Positions 39,272 to 54,900 of a stretch of DNA of 64,000 nt are shown here, one piece after another. Numbering within the stretch: the stretch's first letter is position 1; every line of letters begins with the position of its first letter. The position numbers and the translations under genes were made by a program. The notes beneath the pieces were generated by a model that worked only from the letters and a program-made list of their open reading frames with translations, did no database searches and was not told the DNA's origin. The stretch comes from Eledone cirrhosa. Taxonomy: Eukaryota. Location: contig OZ024745.1 in assembly GCA_964016885.1 (NCBI GenBank), positions 116,126,001-116,190,000 of the forward strand. The letters run 5' to 3'.

Positions 39272-40749
39272 TTAGAACTAAATCATCAGAAGTTTAAATA
39301 TATAGCATAAGGTAGCTATATATATTTAGTTTTATCTGCTTCTAGTAATTCCGTGTTTCCAAATACGCATGTGTATACACTAATATCATCCAACGTAAAT
39401 TGTATGCAGCGTGAATTTATTCAATCTCTAAAGCAAACAACCAAATCAAAGGATTTATATTCCTCGCCGAAACTTTCGCTCATTTTATTAGTGCGTACAT
39501 TTTAATAGAAACTTTCCATAATATATTTTACTAAACATTATCAGCATGGCTGCAAATAGAGGTTTGGTAAAAGCTAAATGTTTACAAATAACACATTATT
39601 TATACTAACTATTCCCATCCCAACTGAGGTCCTAACCTGATTAACAGTGAAATATATTATTAGATAGAAGCAGTCACCTTATAAGGAGAAAAGTTTAGGA
39701 TAAAGAACTACTAAATAATATTACATAATGGTTCTTATAATTCTAATCCGAGTTGAAATGTCCACTTGAACAGAAAGCCGTCATCGACAGAGAGTAGTTT
39801 TGCTTCAATCAACTCAATATTTCTATTGCTTTGAAAAGTAAAATATTGACGACATTCGATGATAAAATGAAAATAAAGTGTCAACAGTTAAACATTGAAA
39901 ACATTGAAAATATTTAATACAGGTATTTACACACATAACCACATATACTCAGATATACGTTTATTAATTTATTTTCTAAAAGAAGAGTGACACTAACTTC
40001 AAATTTTCTGTTTAGTCGCTTTATTTCAGAATTGAAGTGACTAACTAAACCACCAAGCCACCGCCAATGTTTTTCTTAGAAAATATGTCTTCACTTAAAC
40101 GATCAGTGTGGTCATTGAGTTAATGTTTGAATGTTTTAAATACTACAATATTTAAGCACAAATTCTAAATTATATGTAGGTATGAATGTTTGTATGTGTG
40201 TGAGTTTGTGGTTGTTCAAATTCGACGCGTGATTTAGCGGTGTCTACTCTGTGATAATCGATTTTACATGATTTAGATGAAATAATTTTCAATGTTAGTT
40301 TTGTCAATAAATGACAGCTTGCTATTGAAAGACAAAGTAGAGTTCATACATATAAATACTTGTATATTCTTTTTTTTTTTACTAGTTTTAGTCATGAGTG
40401 TGCGACGATGATTTAATGGAGAATGTGGACGGTAGTGCATTTTTCATATCGGGTACGGTTTTATAGATCTCTACATCACCGAACTCCTAATTTATGTGAA
40501 ATAAACATAAACAGGCATAAACTTGAACAGAATATGTATATATTTATTTATTCATCTATACATGACGGGATTTCATACTTTACTTTACGTGAAAGATCAG
40601 AAAATCACCTCAATATAAATATAGAACTAAATCAACATTTCACTAGACGCTAAATATATGGCATAAGGTAGCTATATAAACTTAGTTTTATCTGCTTCTA
40701 ATAATTCAGTGTTTTGAAATATGCATGTGTATACACTAATGCCATCCAA
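39272..40749. repeat. Diverged ~120-bp direct repeat pair (39272-39392, 40622-40749)
   Basis: Shared TAGAACTAAATCA..GCATAAGGTAGCTATATA..TTAGTTTTATCTGCTTCTA..GCATGTGTATACACTAAT..CATCCAA. Confidence 0.8.
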
Positions 40750-41174
40750 TCTGGCCCAAATGTTCAATATAAGTATGTTGGTTATTGAGGCCAAAGGCAG
40801 AACGTGATAATGTAAAGCTAATAACATAGTTTTAAGTTTATATTGAAATGTCTTTTAAGTAGTATAATAGGGAAAAGTAATATAATAATAAAAACAATTG
40901 AACTTTCTGTGAGGGCATGTTGACATTATTTCAGACTTCTTATTCAATAACTCTAGATTAGACATGGTTATTAAGAGACAATGGGATTAACAAAAATTGA
41001 ATTTTGGTCTTACTGGCTCGTAGGATATTCAAATGAGACCAAGATAGGGAGTAAGGGGTGCTTACATTTTTCAAATCCCACTGAAGGCTTCCTGGTCTTA
41101 TATTAATAGCCTGAGTATCTTTCAATATTACCCGAATGACTAAAACTTAAAACATGCGTAGATGTTAATATAAT

Positions 41175-41357
41175 TGTTTCTACATTTGGCACAATGCCAG
41201 CAAATACCCAGTGCATTATTGGTACTTTATTTTATCGACGCCGTAAGGATGAAAGACAAAGTTAAACTCGACGGGATTTGAACTCAGACCATAAAGGGAC
41301 ATAACTATGCTGGAAAGCATGGCGTCCGACCCTCTACCGATACTGCCAATCCACCGC
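41175..41357 (-). mobile_element. SINE family A, 11-bp TSD
   Basis: TSD GTTAATATAAT at 41164-41174 and 41358-41368. Confidence 0.9.
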
Positions 41358-41502
41358 GTTAATATAATGACTTGAAGTATCATCTTTGTTTTTTCACACG
41401 AATTAAAATTATTATGATTTCTATTTTTTCCATAAGCATTTGATACATTGAGCATTCTCACATTTGGTAAAAGACGAGTGATATGCCCACACCTAATCCC
41501 CT

Positions 41503-41537
<35 letters not shown>

Positions 41538-42670
41538 GATGGATGTGAATCCGAAATATATAGGGACTATTAAATCTCTCCCAAGGTAACTCTCTCTCTC
41601 TTGTGTTGTTATTATTATTTTTATTCTTTTACTCTTCCCTTCATTCTACACATCTCACACATCTTATACACACCACGCATCTCAACGTACACCCACTTAC
41701 ATATCTCTCTCTCCACCACCGGACCTTGTTACCCGGAGATTTACCCATTTGCATTGTCGAGGCTTCCAAACGACTTATAAATATTTACTTATTGTTCCAC
41801 AATGCTTCAAGCAAACTTCAATACTCTCTTATATATATATATATATTTGAAAAAGAGGAAAAGAATGACTTCATTTGTAGTTCTAAATAATTTGATTTAA
41901 TTTTATAATATTATAATGTTATGAGTTGGTAGATCTAGTAAGTACTTTGTTAACTTCGGTGGGAAGAATTTTAAAGATTCATGGTTAACTTTCTTGGAGA
42001 ACATTCTCGCATTCATTGATGACACCTGTACTTTCAAACATTCGATCGTTGAAGAGAAGAAAAGCCCTCAGAGGTACACTAACATTTCATCAATTCCCCC
42101 TTCCCCACATCAATGTATATGTGAACTTAAATACTTGAGTAGGTGTGTGTACATATATGTGTGTGTAGATGTGTTTGTATGTATGTCAAATAGTAGTGCC
42201 TAAAGCCTTCCAGACATGAAATGCCAACAGGCGATTACACAGTGATATAGAGTTAGCGCGCTGGCTAGAATTCGAATTCTAGATAATTCGAGCAATCACG
42301 TGCGTAAACCGATCTATTTCACAACTTGTACGATTCAATAAGTGAGTGATATATATATATATATGAATATATATATAGTATATTTGGCAATATACTGTAT
42401 GCTTAATTGAAAACATTTTGAAGAACTTGCGCTATTATTTTAAAGTAGTGACTATGTCACTTACTTCTTTTTTCAACAAATAAAAGGGAGATAAGCTAAC
42501 AAATCTGTTTCACAATGTTGGTGATCATCAGAGCTTAGCACTCGCCGATGTTTGTTGAAAATTATTGATGCTGGATTCTTATGGAATTTCAGTAATAATC
42601 AGAAACTGATTATACAGAGCGATTGCCGGTCCAGCAAAAATTGAAAATTAGGATTGGTGCTCTGAAATAA

Positions 42671-42851
42671 TTGTTTCTACTTTAGGCACAAGGCCAGCAA
42701 TTACCCAGTGCATTACTGGTACTTTATTTTATCGACCCCGTAAGGATGAAAGGCAAAGTCAACCTCGGCGGGATTTGAACTCAGATCGTAAAGGGACGTA
42801 ACTATGCTGAAAGCATGGTGTCCGACCCTCTACCGATACTGCCAATCCACA
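42671..42851 (-). mobile_element. SINE family A, near-consensus
   Basis: Full head-to-tail match; TSD not evident. Confidence 0.9.
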
Positions 42852-43081
42852 TGGATAAATGAATATATATATAGTATATATATATACTATATTTGTGCCT
42901 ACAGAAAATTGATCGTTAAAACTATCCATAATACAGAGTACTCACAAACTATAATTGGATTGCCTATAACTATAATGTGTTATCCCATATACGGTACTGT
43001 CATTGATAAATATGCTGGGTCCGTCAACCTTTATTATATATATATATATATGTTTGTATGTATATATATATATATATATAT

Positions 43082-43341
43082 TGGCTGCCGGCCTCTGCTT
43101 CTCTTGCCAGCCAACCTTCCTTCCAGGAATAACCTACTCACACCACGAGTTGATCTAGTTACATGGCCGTACAGTTTGACTTGACAATTGATGTAATTAG
43201 TCTAAGTTTCGTAATGTTGAGCAGCTCACTGATACAGATAGGGTCGCTGAGCCACTTGCCAGTCATAAGTCTCATGATGTGTTTCTGGAATATAGAGAGC
43301 TTCTGAAGTGACCTTGTCGTCCAATTAACACAGTCAAGTCT

Positions 43342-43342
<1 letters not shown>
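43082..43342 (-). mobile_element. LINE (RTE-like) C-terminal fragment between microsatellites
   Basis: Reads [35 protein letters not shown], resembling the RTE post-RT region. Confidence 0.55.
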
Positions 43343-44313
<971 letters not shown>

Positions 44314-44416
44314 TTATAGTTCTGGTATCTCGAATTAGTACCATAGAACAACATTTATATTATAGACACCCTATATATCTCAATGTGTAGTTAGTACTCA
44401 GTGAGATATTTACCTC

Positions 44417-44764
<348 letters not shown>

Positions 44765-44769
<5 letters not shown>

Positions 44770-44942
44770 AGCAGAAGGGATATTTAATTTTCTCTATATA
44801 TTTTGGAGTAAATCACTCATCAAATTTAACAGTTAACAAAACAAATTGGAGTTATTTTTCCTTTCTCAATCCTGCAAACATAAACATATCGTTTGATAAT
44901 CTGTATAGCTTCGCTAAATTAACAATATTCTGAAAACATTCT
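44765..44942. repeat. ~180-bp repeat duplicated at 48017-48193; both copies begin at a (TA)n edge
   Basis: ACAAGCAGAAGGGATATT..CTGAAAACATTCT in both places with few differences. Confidence 0.85.
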
Positions 44943-45676
44943 CAATGTTGAACAACATTTTCGAATCCACAAATTGTTCTACTCTCACAACTTGAACCAC
45001 CTATTTTATAAGTAAACTACAAAATCAACATTCTTCGTAAATCATATTAGATATATAAACAACTAATAATTGGAAATTATTTCTATCTCTATAATACTAA
45101 TACATACGCAATTATTAATCTATATAGATATTTATATACATATAACCTATCCTAATGTAATAGGATAAAAATACTTACAACCATAATTCTTCATATAATC
45201 TAATTGATTATATATACAATAGTATAACTCATAATATAGGTAAATAAATTTAAATTTAAACTCAGGATTCATATTCCACTTTTTTCCCAAAAATTAACGT
45301 AAATGCTAGCTCTTCTTCCTTTCTCTCCTTTCCTACGCATACAAAAACTTATCATAATTATTTAAATTCTCCATAGCGTCTAAAATAACGTTTTTTTCAG
45401 GCCTTTTACCTAAACCTCATTTGCATACTCATCTTAATAATTTGAAATATCTGACTTTTCCTCTCTTATCCCTTCACTATCCAAGGGAACTTGAACCGTT
45501 AAGGTATATTTTCCTTGGTTATGTAAAAATTTATAAAGCACACTTCGTAATTTATCTGATGATAGTGTACGAAAATGTTGGTACACTTGAAATATATATA
45601 ATGGAATGAATATGGTTTTATAAACATAGTTTCCATTTATTTAATATTGTATACATATATATATATATATATATAC

Positions 45677-45731
<55 letters not shown>

Positions 45732-45938
45732 TAGTATATATATATTATATATATAGTATATATATATTAAATATGTTAATAATTGGAAAATATCTCTATA
45801 AAACCATCTTTATTTTATTATACCTCCTATTTCAGGGGTACTGATATTTAAGTATGCTTTCGTCAGTTAAAATATAATAATAGGTGTTAAGAGAGTGACA
45901 TATATTCATGTAAACGTAATGGTATAAGTTCACATAAT

Positions 45939-46118
45939 TGTTTCTACTTTAGGCACAAGGCCAGCAATTACCCAGTGCATTACTGGTACTTTATTTTATC
46001 GACCCCGTAAGGATGAAAGGCAAAGTCAACCTCGGCGGGATTTGAACTCAGATCGTAAAGGGACGTAACTATGCTGGAAAGCATGGAGTCCGACTCTCTA
46101 CCGATACTGCCAATCCAC
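45939..46118 (-). mobile_element. SINE family A, 8-bp TSD
   Basis: TSD CACATAAT at 45931-45938 and 46119-46126. Confidence 0.9.
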
Positions 46119-46269
46119 CACATAATAAAATAAATATGGTTTTATAAAGATATTTTCCATTTATTAATATTATTATACATTAATGATACTGCGGAGTAAT
46201 TTTGAAGAATGGTTCTAATCTATTGTGAAATTAACTTTGTTGAATAATCAACAAACCATATAACTCATT

Positions 46270-46923
<654 letters not shown>

Positions 46924-47018
46924 CACTACTCCGGAGTAACCAAACCAACCTGCGCACTTCGTCGAGTGCTCCAGCCTGCATACTGAGGTGTTGGTATACA
47001 ACCAACATAAACTCAAAA

Positions 47019-47064
<46 letters not shown>

Positions 47065-47174
47065 TTTAGTTCCCCAGTGAATTAACAACCCAACAAGGAA
47101 CTGGGCATATCAGAGTATTGACAATATCATACACCTAAACAACATATGTACTTGTCTATACCATACTAATTCAA

Positions 47175-47229
47175 ACTGCCTGAAGAGGTTACAGCCAAAG
47201 ATGGCTGTCACTGAAATATATATAGCAGT
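47175..47229 (+). ncRNA. Minimal type I hammerhead ribozyme motif (H2, third copy)
   Basis: ACTGC-CTGAAGA-GGTTACAGCCAAAGATGGCTGTCACT-GAAA-TATATA-TA-GCAGT-AATAAA. Confidence 0.8.
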
Positions 47230-47276
47230 AATAAACGAAGCTAAATTTTAATCATTTGACTTTATTTAACTTTATT

Positions 47277-47354
<78 letters not shown>

Positions 47355-47564
47355 AGAAGCAAAAAATTGCTTATTGTGATCCAGTTCTTGGTTAAGAAAG
47401 CCAGTTTCATGGATGGTTTCAACGTACGGTTAGGGGTAACTCCACAAGTTTGTAAGAATTCCGTTCAATCTTGGAGTATAAAGTATAAAAGAGAAAACAC
47501 AGTCGTAAATACCTGGATAAAATCCTTCTCTTAATGCTTACCTGTGTTTTCTCTTTTATACCCC

Positions 47565-47660
47565 GGGGTTCTACTGGTTCCTATTACCCACTCTACTACC
47601 CTAAGTATTGAGTACTTTGGTGCGTTATGGTCCACCTGGTTCCTTACCACATTTCTTTCG

Positions 47661-47728
<68 letters not shown>

Positions 47729-47733
47729 GTATA

Positions 47734-47765
<32 letters not shown>

Positions 47766-47960
47766 ACGAAGGAAATGTAGTAAGGAACCAGGTGGACCAT
47801 AACGCACCAAAGTACTCAATACTTGAGGTAGTAGAGTGGGTAATAGGAACCAGTAAGACCCCGACAGCTGAGCTCAAGCCGTTTCGACGGCTAATTCTCA
47901 ATTAAGTCAAGAATTAGCCGTCGAAACGGCTTGAGCTCAGCTGTCGGGGTCTTACTGGTT

Positions 47961-47963
<3 letters not shown>
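47565..47963. mobile_element. Family P units in alternating orientation around (TA)n and a fold-back hairpin
   Basis: ~47565-47662 is inverted vs ~47763-47860. ~47843-47897 is inverted vs ~47909-47963. Confidence 0.85.
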
Positions 47964-48007
<44 letters not shown>

Positions 48008-48186
48008 TTATATATATACAAGCAGAAGGGATATTCAATTTTCTCTATATATATTAGAGTAAATCACTCATCAAATTTAACAGTTAACAAAACAAATTGG
48101 AGTTATCTTTCCTTTCTCAATCCTGCAAACATAAACATATCGTTTGATAATCTATATAGCTTCGCTAAATTAACAATATTCTGAAA

Positions 48187-48258
<72 letters not shown>

Positions 48259-48308
48259 ATATATTATATATATATATATATTATATATATATATATATTA
48301 TATATATA

Positions 48309-48372
<64 letters not shown>

Positions 48373-48418
48373 ATTATATATATACATTATATATATATAT
48401 ATATATTATATATATATA

Positions 48419-48477
<59 letters not shown>

Positions 48478-48779
48478 AGATGATGTGTGCGTCATGTTAT
48501 AGTATTCAATTTTTAAGATAGGTCTATTTCCTGAATGATATTCAAATTACCAGTAATGTAGATATTCTCAGTACAATTATTGATTAAGTGGCTGTTCGAA
48601 AGACATGAGATGGTGACAATGTATGATTGTTATTGGAACTAATTGGTTTGCTTGATATAATGAGAAAATCTAATATTGATGAGGTTTAAACAAATAATTA
48701 TTTTGGTTGCGTTGTTTCCATAAATACATACGCCCACACGCACACACACACATTGCACACCATCCCCTATATATATATG

Positions 48780-48816
<37 letters not shown>

Positions 48817-48865
48817 TCACAAACACACACACACAGACACACACAGAGACAGATACACAGACACA

Positions 48866-48956
<91 letters not shown>

Positions 48957-49161
48957 ATATATATATATATTCCATAATTATATACCAAATATCAAGAATC
49001 ATATCTCTCAAAGTAATATTAATATATAAGGTATAGAAAGATCATTTCACTAAATATGGATGCACTACCTGTGACTCTAACGGTTTGATATCAGGAATAG
49101 GCGGGAAGACCAAAAATCAGAGTGGTAAAGTGAATGTATGTGTGTGTGTATATGAATGTGT

Positions 49162-49224
<63 letters not shown>

Positions 49225-49347
49225 ACAAAAAAAGTGTGGTATGAAACCAGGTGGACGATAATGCACCAGAGTACTCGATATTTAGAGTAATAGAGTGGCT
49301 AATAGGAAAAGAGTCAGGAACCCGACGGCTGACCTCTAGCCGTTTTC

Positions 49348-49456
<109 letters not shown>

Positions 49457-49464
49457 TGTGTATT

Positions 49465-51790
49465 TATCTTTAACACTTTCAACCTTGTCCACCACACAAT
49501 CTCTTTCGCCATTGCCACCAGGCAGATGAAAACCGCCTGCCCTTCCTCCTCAAAGGAAGACGGCGAGACCATCTGCACAATGGACTCAGACGATAATCGG
49601 ATCAGTTCTACATGCGATAGCAACTGTTCGACATAGCTCCACAAGTCAGCAATGCTCGGCACTGAACGAGTGCGTGCACGACGGTTTCGTCGCTCTGCGC
49701 GCATCTCAGACAAGCTCGGTGACGGCACTTCCGTGCCTGTAGAGCTTATCTCGAACCGGCAACGCTCCCCGGTAGCACTGCCAGGGCAGGGATTTTTGGA
49801 AGTTATCCATAGGCCCTGGGCTAATAGTTCTCCGGAAGCGAGCAAACAGCTGATCTTCTTCGACGCCCAGGATCTCTCCGAGAACGTCCTCGTTCATCCC
49901 CCTCCACTAGTTCTCTGTAGAATGCCAAGGTGGATGTTCCACCGATACTGGTGCCCAGCTGGCAGAGGTTGCTGAGCGCCTGGAGACATTCCAGTTTCCC
50001 AGCGCTATTCCTCGGTCTCTATTTGACCCAGGACTGCAGCTCCGTCAAGGACTGGCGAACGGCAACCACACCTGTTTACCGTCAAGGAAGCACCAGAGAT
50101 GTCGCAGCCTCAGCGCATGTTTGCGCATCATCAGCCATGGCATGCCTAGTCCTCCACGCAACGGGTGTTGACAGCAGATGGATCGTCTGACCATGGAAGC
50201 GCGTCCCTTCCACAAAAAGCGGAAGAGGAGGCGCTCCATTTTGGTGAGAGTTGGGCTGGGGCAAGGGACGACGGTGAGGCGGTAGCAGATGACAGACGCG
50301 ATGTACGCATTCGCCACCTCCGCCCGGCCTTTCAGGGACAGCTTCCACTAGGCCCATTTCTGGGTGAGGGAGGCCACCCTGCCCATCACCTCCCTCCAGG
50401 TTTTCTCCATCTGGAGGTCCTGTCCAAACCAGGCCCCGAGGAATTTAACCGGTCCGTCCGTCCAACGCCCGACGACGCTGTCGGACGGCATGGACTTGCC
50501 TCTCCAGGTGCCGAGCTGCAAGCCCACCGACTTTTCCTGGTTTATTGGACGGCTTTTGTCCCCTCGTGTTTCAGAGCATGCGCTCTAGCTCTGACAACGC
50601 AACCTTCGTGTTTTGCGTTGAAGAATTGGTCGAGTGCCAATCTCGCCGCAACCACGTCGCGATGCCTGTCCTAAACGCCTCTTCTAGCTTTCTGACTAGA
50701 TCTTCCTCTATTCTATTTTCCTCTATCACTAGTCTTTTGTTAAACCTAATCGACTCTACTTTAATTGCCCTTTTCAGGGCGAAACACCACCTGTTGCTGA
50801 CGACCGCTCTCGTCAACGCCCGCTTAACTAATACGCTAATCCGGTCTCTGTAGGCTTTGCACTCCGGGTAAGACACGTTCAGCTTCCAGTAACCCGGTCC
50901 TTGCCTATGAAGTTTGTCTATGTCGATCTCACAGATCACAAATTTGTGGTCTGTGTAGTCGACTATTTTAAATTGTGGACAACTTATACTAATCTTAACT
51001 TATTCTCTGCAGAATACCCTATCGAGATACGATCTGGATGACCCGATGCGGTTTGTCCATGTCCACATTGGCGCATTCGTGTGATCCAGTCGATACCTGT
51101 CAGACAGTTCAAAACGTCTGAGCAGGTTGGTGAGGCTCTTGCACCTTCCTCCCCTATCCACTAGCCCCACACAATCCCAGCGTGCATCCAAGATACCGTT
51201 CCAGTCGCCCACTAACTCTAAAGAGCAGGGCGTTCCAAGAAAGGTCTCTAGACGTCTGAAGAAATCTGACCGTCCTGTCCCTGGCGGGGCATAGACGGTT
51301 ACTAGCCAGAAAGCGTTGCCTTCGGTGCCGCTTACGTCCAGCACCACCGACTTACCTTCAGGGTCCAGGAAGATGGTCCGTATGGCGAGAACCAAGCCTT
51401 TCCGAAACAACACAGCCACTCCTTCCCCCGCTCCCGGGCGGCTCGGAGATGCGTAGACCTCGTAACCGTCGAAGATCGGTGAGAAAGCTTGCGTTTCGGA
51501 GATTCTCGTCTCGCTGATGGCCACCACATCTATGTTTAGTGACATGAGGTCGTTAAGCAAGTGACCCTGCTTCCAAACCGAGCTCAAGCCACGCACGCTT
51601 ACACTTCCGATCCTGAATACGGCCATGTTGGATGAGGAACGGGGCAGGTGAGAAAGGATCACTTACCTTTATCGTCTGGTGAAGGGACCGTTTAACCGTC
51701 CCTTCGGCTGGTCGTCGGCTCTTCTGTGAGTATATCCGAGTATACTCTCCGGTTGGGTGTCTATCCTAGGTCTCTGAAATCACCAACTCC
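49465..51790 (-). mobile_element. Tx1/L1 LINE copy: ORF1 end, ORF2 endonuclease and C-terminus, with the RT core deleted
   Basis: MAVFRIGSVSVRGL..AISET..GDWN..YLDRVF and GPGYWKLN. At ~50545 it jumps from HEGTKAVQ to QEKSVGLQLGTW, then ANAYIASVICYRL and GALPVRDKL. Confidence 0.9.
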
Positions 51791-53577
51791 TTGTCCACCA
51801 TACAATCTATTTCGCCGTGGCCACCAGGCTAATGAAAACTGCCTGCCCTTCCTCCTCCTTAAAGGAGCATGGCGGTGCTATCTGCATAATGGACTCAGTC
51901 GATAACCGGATCCGTCCTACACGTGACAGCAACTGTTCGACATAGCTCCACAAGTCAGTACTCCTCGGGCACTGTACGAGTGCGTGCACGACGGTTTCGT
52001 CGCCCTGCACGCATCTTGGAGAGGTTCGGCTGACGACACTTCCGCACCTGTAGAGCATATCTCAAACCGGTAACGCTCTTCGCTAGGACTGCTGGGCCAG
52101 GGATTTCTGAAATTTATCCATAGACCCTGGGCTGAAAGTTATCTTGAAGAGAGCGAACAGCTGATCGTCTTCTAAGCCCATGGTCTCCTCGAGAACGTCG
52201 GCAATCTTCCCCTCCACTAGTCCTCTATAGAACGTCGAGGTTGATGTTCAACCGAAACTAGCGCCTAGCTGGTAGAAGGCTGTGAGCGCTTAAAGATATT
52301 CCAGCTTCCGAGCACTATGCCTCACGGTATTTTCCTGATCCAGGACTGCAGTTCCGTTAATGAGACGAGCTGAGGAAAATATGTCTGGCAAACGGCGACC
52401 ACACATGTTCACCGTCAAGGATGCACCACAGATTTCGCAGCTTCAGCGCCTGTTTGTGCTTCATCAGCCACGGCATGCCCAGTCCTCCACGCAATAGGTG
52501 CTGACAGCAGTTGGATCGTCTGACCATGGGAGTACGCCCCATCCATAAAAAGCGGAAGAGGAGGCGCTCCATTTTCGGCCGGGGCAAGGCACATCGCTAC
52601 TTTCGCCCGACCTTTCAGGGATAACTTTCTCTCAGCCCATTTCTTCATCTGGGGGTCCGGACCGAACCAGACCCGAGCAATTTAACCGGTCCTTCTGTCC
52701 AGCACCCCACGATGCTGTTGGATGGCATGGACTTGCTTCTCCAGGTGCCTAGCTGCAAGCCCAACAACTTTTCCTGGTTTAACTTTGATCCTGTTGTTGC
52801 TTCGTATTCCTTGAGAGCCGTACCGAATATCTGGCCATGTTTGGTGCTTGACACCATCACGGTGACGTCGTCGTAAGCCGATACGGATCTCCCACATCCC
52901 AGTCCGCGTGGCACGCCTCCCATCGCCTCCAATGTGTGCAGTAACGGCTCGAGGGCCAATACGTACAAGAGGGACGAGAGGGGACAACCATTGTGGACCG
53001 ACCGCATGATGCTGAACGGCTGTGACTGGTGACCGTTCACCCTCACAACTGAGCAGATGTAGTTGTGCATCGCAGCGTTCCAACCCTGAAAACGAGCCCG
53101 AAGCCGGCCGCCTCGAGGACCGCCGCCAGGTACCGATGTTCAACCCTATCAAATGCTTTAGATCGATCCAAATTGATCAGGCCCGAACCCTGCCAGGTTC
53201 TTTAACCACCCTCTCTATGATGTATCGCATGAGGTGGAGGTTGTCGTGGATCGATCTCTATGTAAGATGGTGCATGTCTGCGCCTTTCCCACCAGATCAC
53301 AAACGACAAGCCCCAATCTCGTTGCTAACACCTTGGCCAAGATCTTGAAATCTGCATTTAGCAGAGTTATGGGCCTCAAGTTGTTTATACGCCCCATGTT
53401 CGGGTCTTTTCTCAACAGTGCCACTGCTCCCCGGCTCACAAAGCTGCGAATACTCCCGTTCTGCTGCCAGTTGCTGTAGATATCTGACAAGTGGTCACCG
53501 AACAAGTCTGGCATGTACGCATAAAGCTCGTAGGGCAGACCATGCAAACCTGGCGATTTACCCCTCGTGCAGACATC
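51790..53577 (-). mobile_element. 5'-truncated Tx1/L1 LINE copy (RT to zinc finger)
   Basis: GKSPGLHGLPYE, LRPITLLNADFKIL, GCPLS, SAYDDVT, GGLGMP, PRCVQGDETVVHALVQC. The 5' junction abuts a sense-strand (ATT)n tract at 53578-53600. Confidence 0.9.
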
Positions 53578-53717
53578 AATAATAATAATAGTAATAATAA
53601 ATACAATCATTTCTTTTAGTTGGTATGTGGTTCAAAATGACTGAGAACAGCACAAGGGTGAAAAAATAAGAACTGTAGGTTATTTACATCGTTTGAATGG
53701 TTTGGTACACTAATAAT

Positions 53718-54158
53718 TATTTCTACTTTTGGCAAAAGGCCAGCAATTATCCCAGTGTATTGCTGGTGCTTTATTTTATCGACCACGTAAGGATTAAAGG
53801 CAAAGTTAACCTCGGCGGGATTTGAACTCAGACCATAAAGGGCTGTAACTCCATGTTTACACTAATAATTGTTTCTTCTATTGGCACAAGGCCAGCAATT
53901 ACCCAGTGCATTACTGGTACTTTATTTTATCGACCCCGTAAGGATGAAAGGCAAAGTTAACCATGTTTACACTAATAATTGTTTCTACGTTTGGCACAAG
54001 GCCAGCAATTACCCAGTGCATTACTGGTACTTTATTTTATCGACCCTGTAAGGATGAAAGGCAAAGTTAACCTCGGCGGAATTTGATCTCAGAATGGCAA
54101 GGACCGTAACTCTATACGTCAAAGCATAGCGTCCGACCCTCTACCGATACTGCCAATC
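53718..54158 (-). mobile_element. Stack of three SINE family A units (one near-full, two 5'-truncated)
   Basis: CACTAATAAT at 53708, 53860, 53970 and 54159 separates the units. Confidence 0.88.
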
Positions 54159-54429
54159 CACTAATAATATTAAGTAAACATTAATAGATATTTAATAATA
54201 AAGAGATTCTAACAGTACAGTAGAAAATAGTTTCAATAGTCATTAGTTTAATTCAGGGAACACGAGACATTCCAGAGAAGTTGAACGATATGATTTCTCC
54301 CAGTTCTTGTTGCCCGTTTACAGCCGTATAATTAATTTGTAGCCATTTCGCGAGAAGTACAATTCGGAAAATAACTCCACCCAAGTAAACGATTTACATA
54401 AACACGCGTAAATATTAACAACAAAGTAC

Positions 54430-54900
54430 AAAATCAACATGCTGATCTACAATATATTGAAAAAATAAGACAAAATAAATTAACGTTAATTGCCCAGTGT
54501 CATGTAAAATGCGAGTGAGAAAAGAATTAAGCAAAAACTGAAAGTCAACTATAGCTAACATGATTTGGGCTAAAAACTGAAAGATCAAACCAGTTTTAGT
54601 TGCACATATCCAATGTTTCGCGTCAGCCAAATAAATGTAGAATATATAAAGCGATGAGAGAGTTAACCACATCATCTCTGGACACCAACCTCATGCCACG
54701 TCCAAATCACAGAATCAATCGTGACAACAAATATGACTACAAGGCAATATTGCAAATATGAAGTTGCTGATATTTCGATGCATAATTAGATTGAAGTTAG
54801 TATAAGTATGTAACACAACACTTTACAAAGACTTAGTTATAAAAACCACACGTTATTACAGCCTAAACTGAGGAGCTCGAATCAAGCTGTTCTGATATAA
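54430..54900 (+). mobile_element. Very old R4/Dong-like zinc-finger relic
   Basis: KCR..ERVNHIISG at ~54632-54682 resembles the CCHC region of R4-type elements; the rest is decayed. Confidence 0.35.

Noticed and set aside
35000-41100. Host gene exons in the repeat-poor interval
   Set aside because: No ORF with recognisable homology or convincing exon signal; short exons cannot be excluded without RNA-seq.
41533-41575. Hammerhead remnant GGAT-GTGA-ATCC-GAAA-TATATA-GGGA
   Set aside because: Core and stem I are disrupted by the adjacent (TA)n, so it cannot be called.
44940-45530. LINE C-terminal zinc-finger relic on the minus strand
   Set aside because: Only a vague C..C..E.V.H..EC pattern with stops; insufficient to classify.
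53708-54168. CRISPR-like short repeats separated by longer segments (also 60.2-60.9 kb)
   Set aside because: The intervening segments are homologous SINE pieces and the repeats are TSDs; eukaryotic context with no cas genes.
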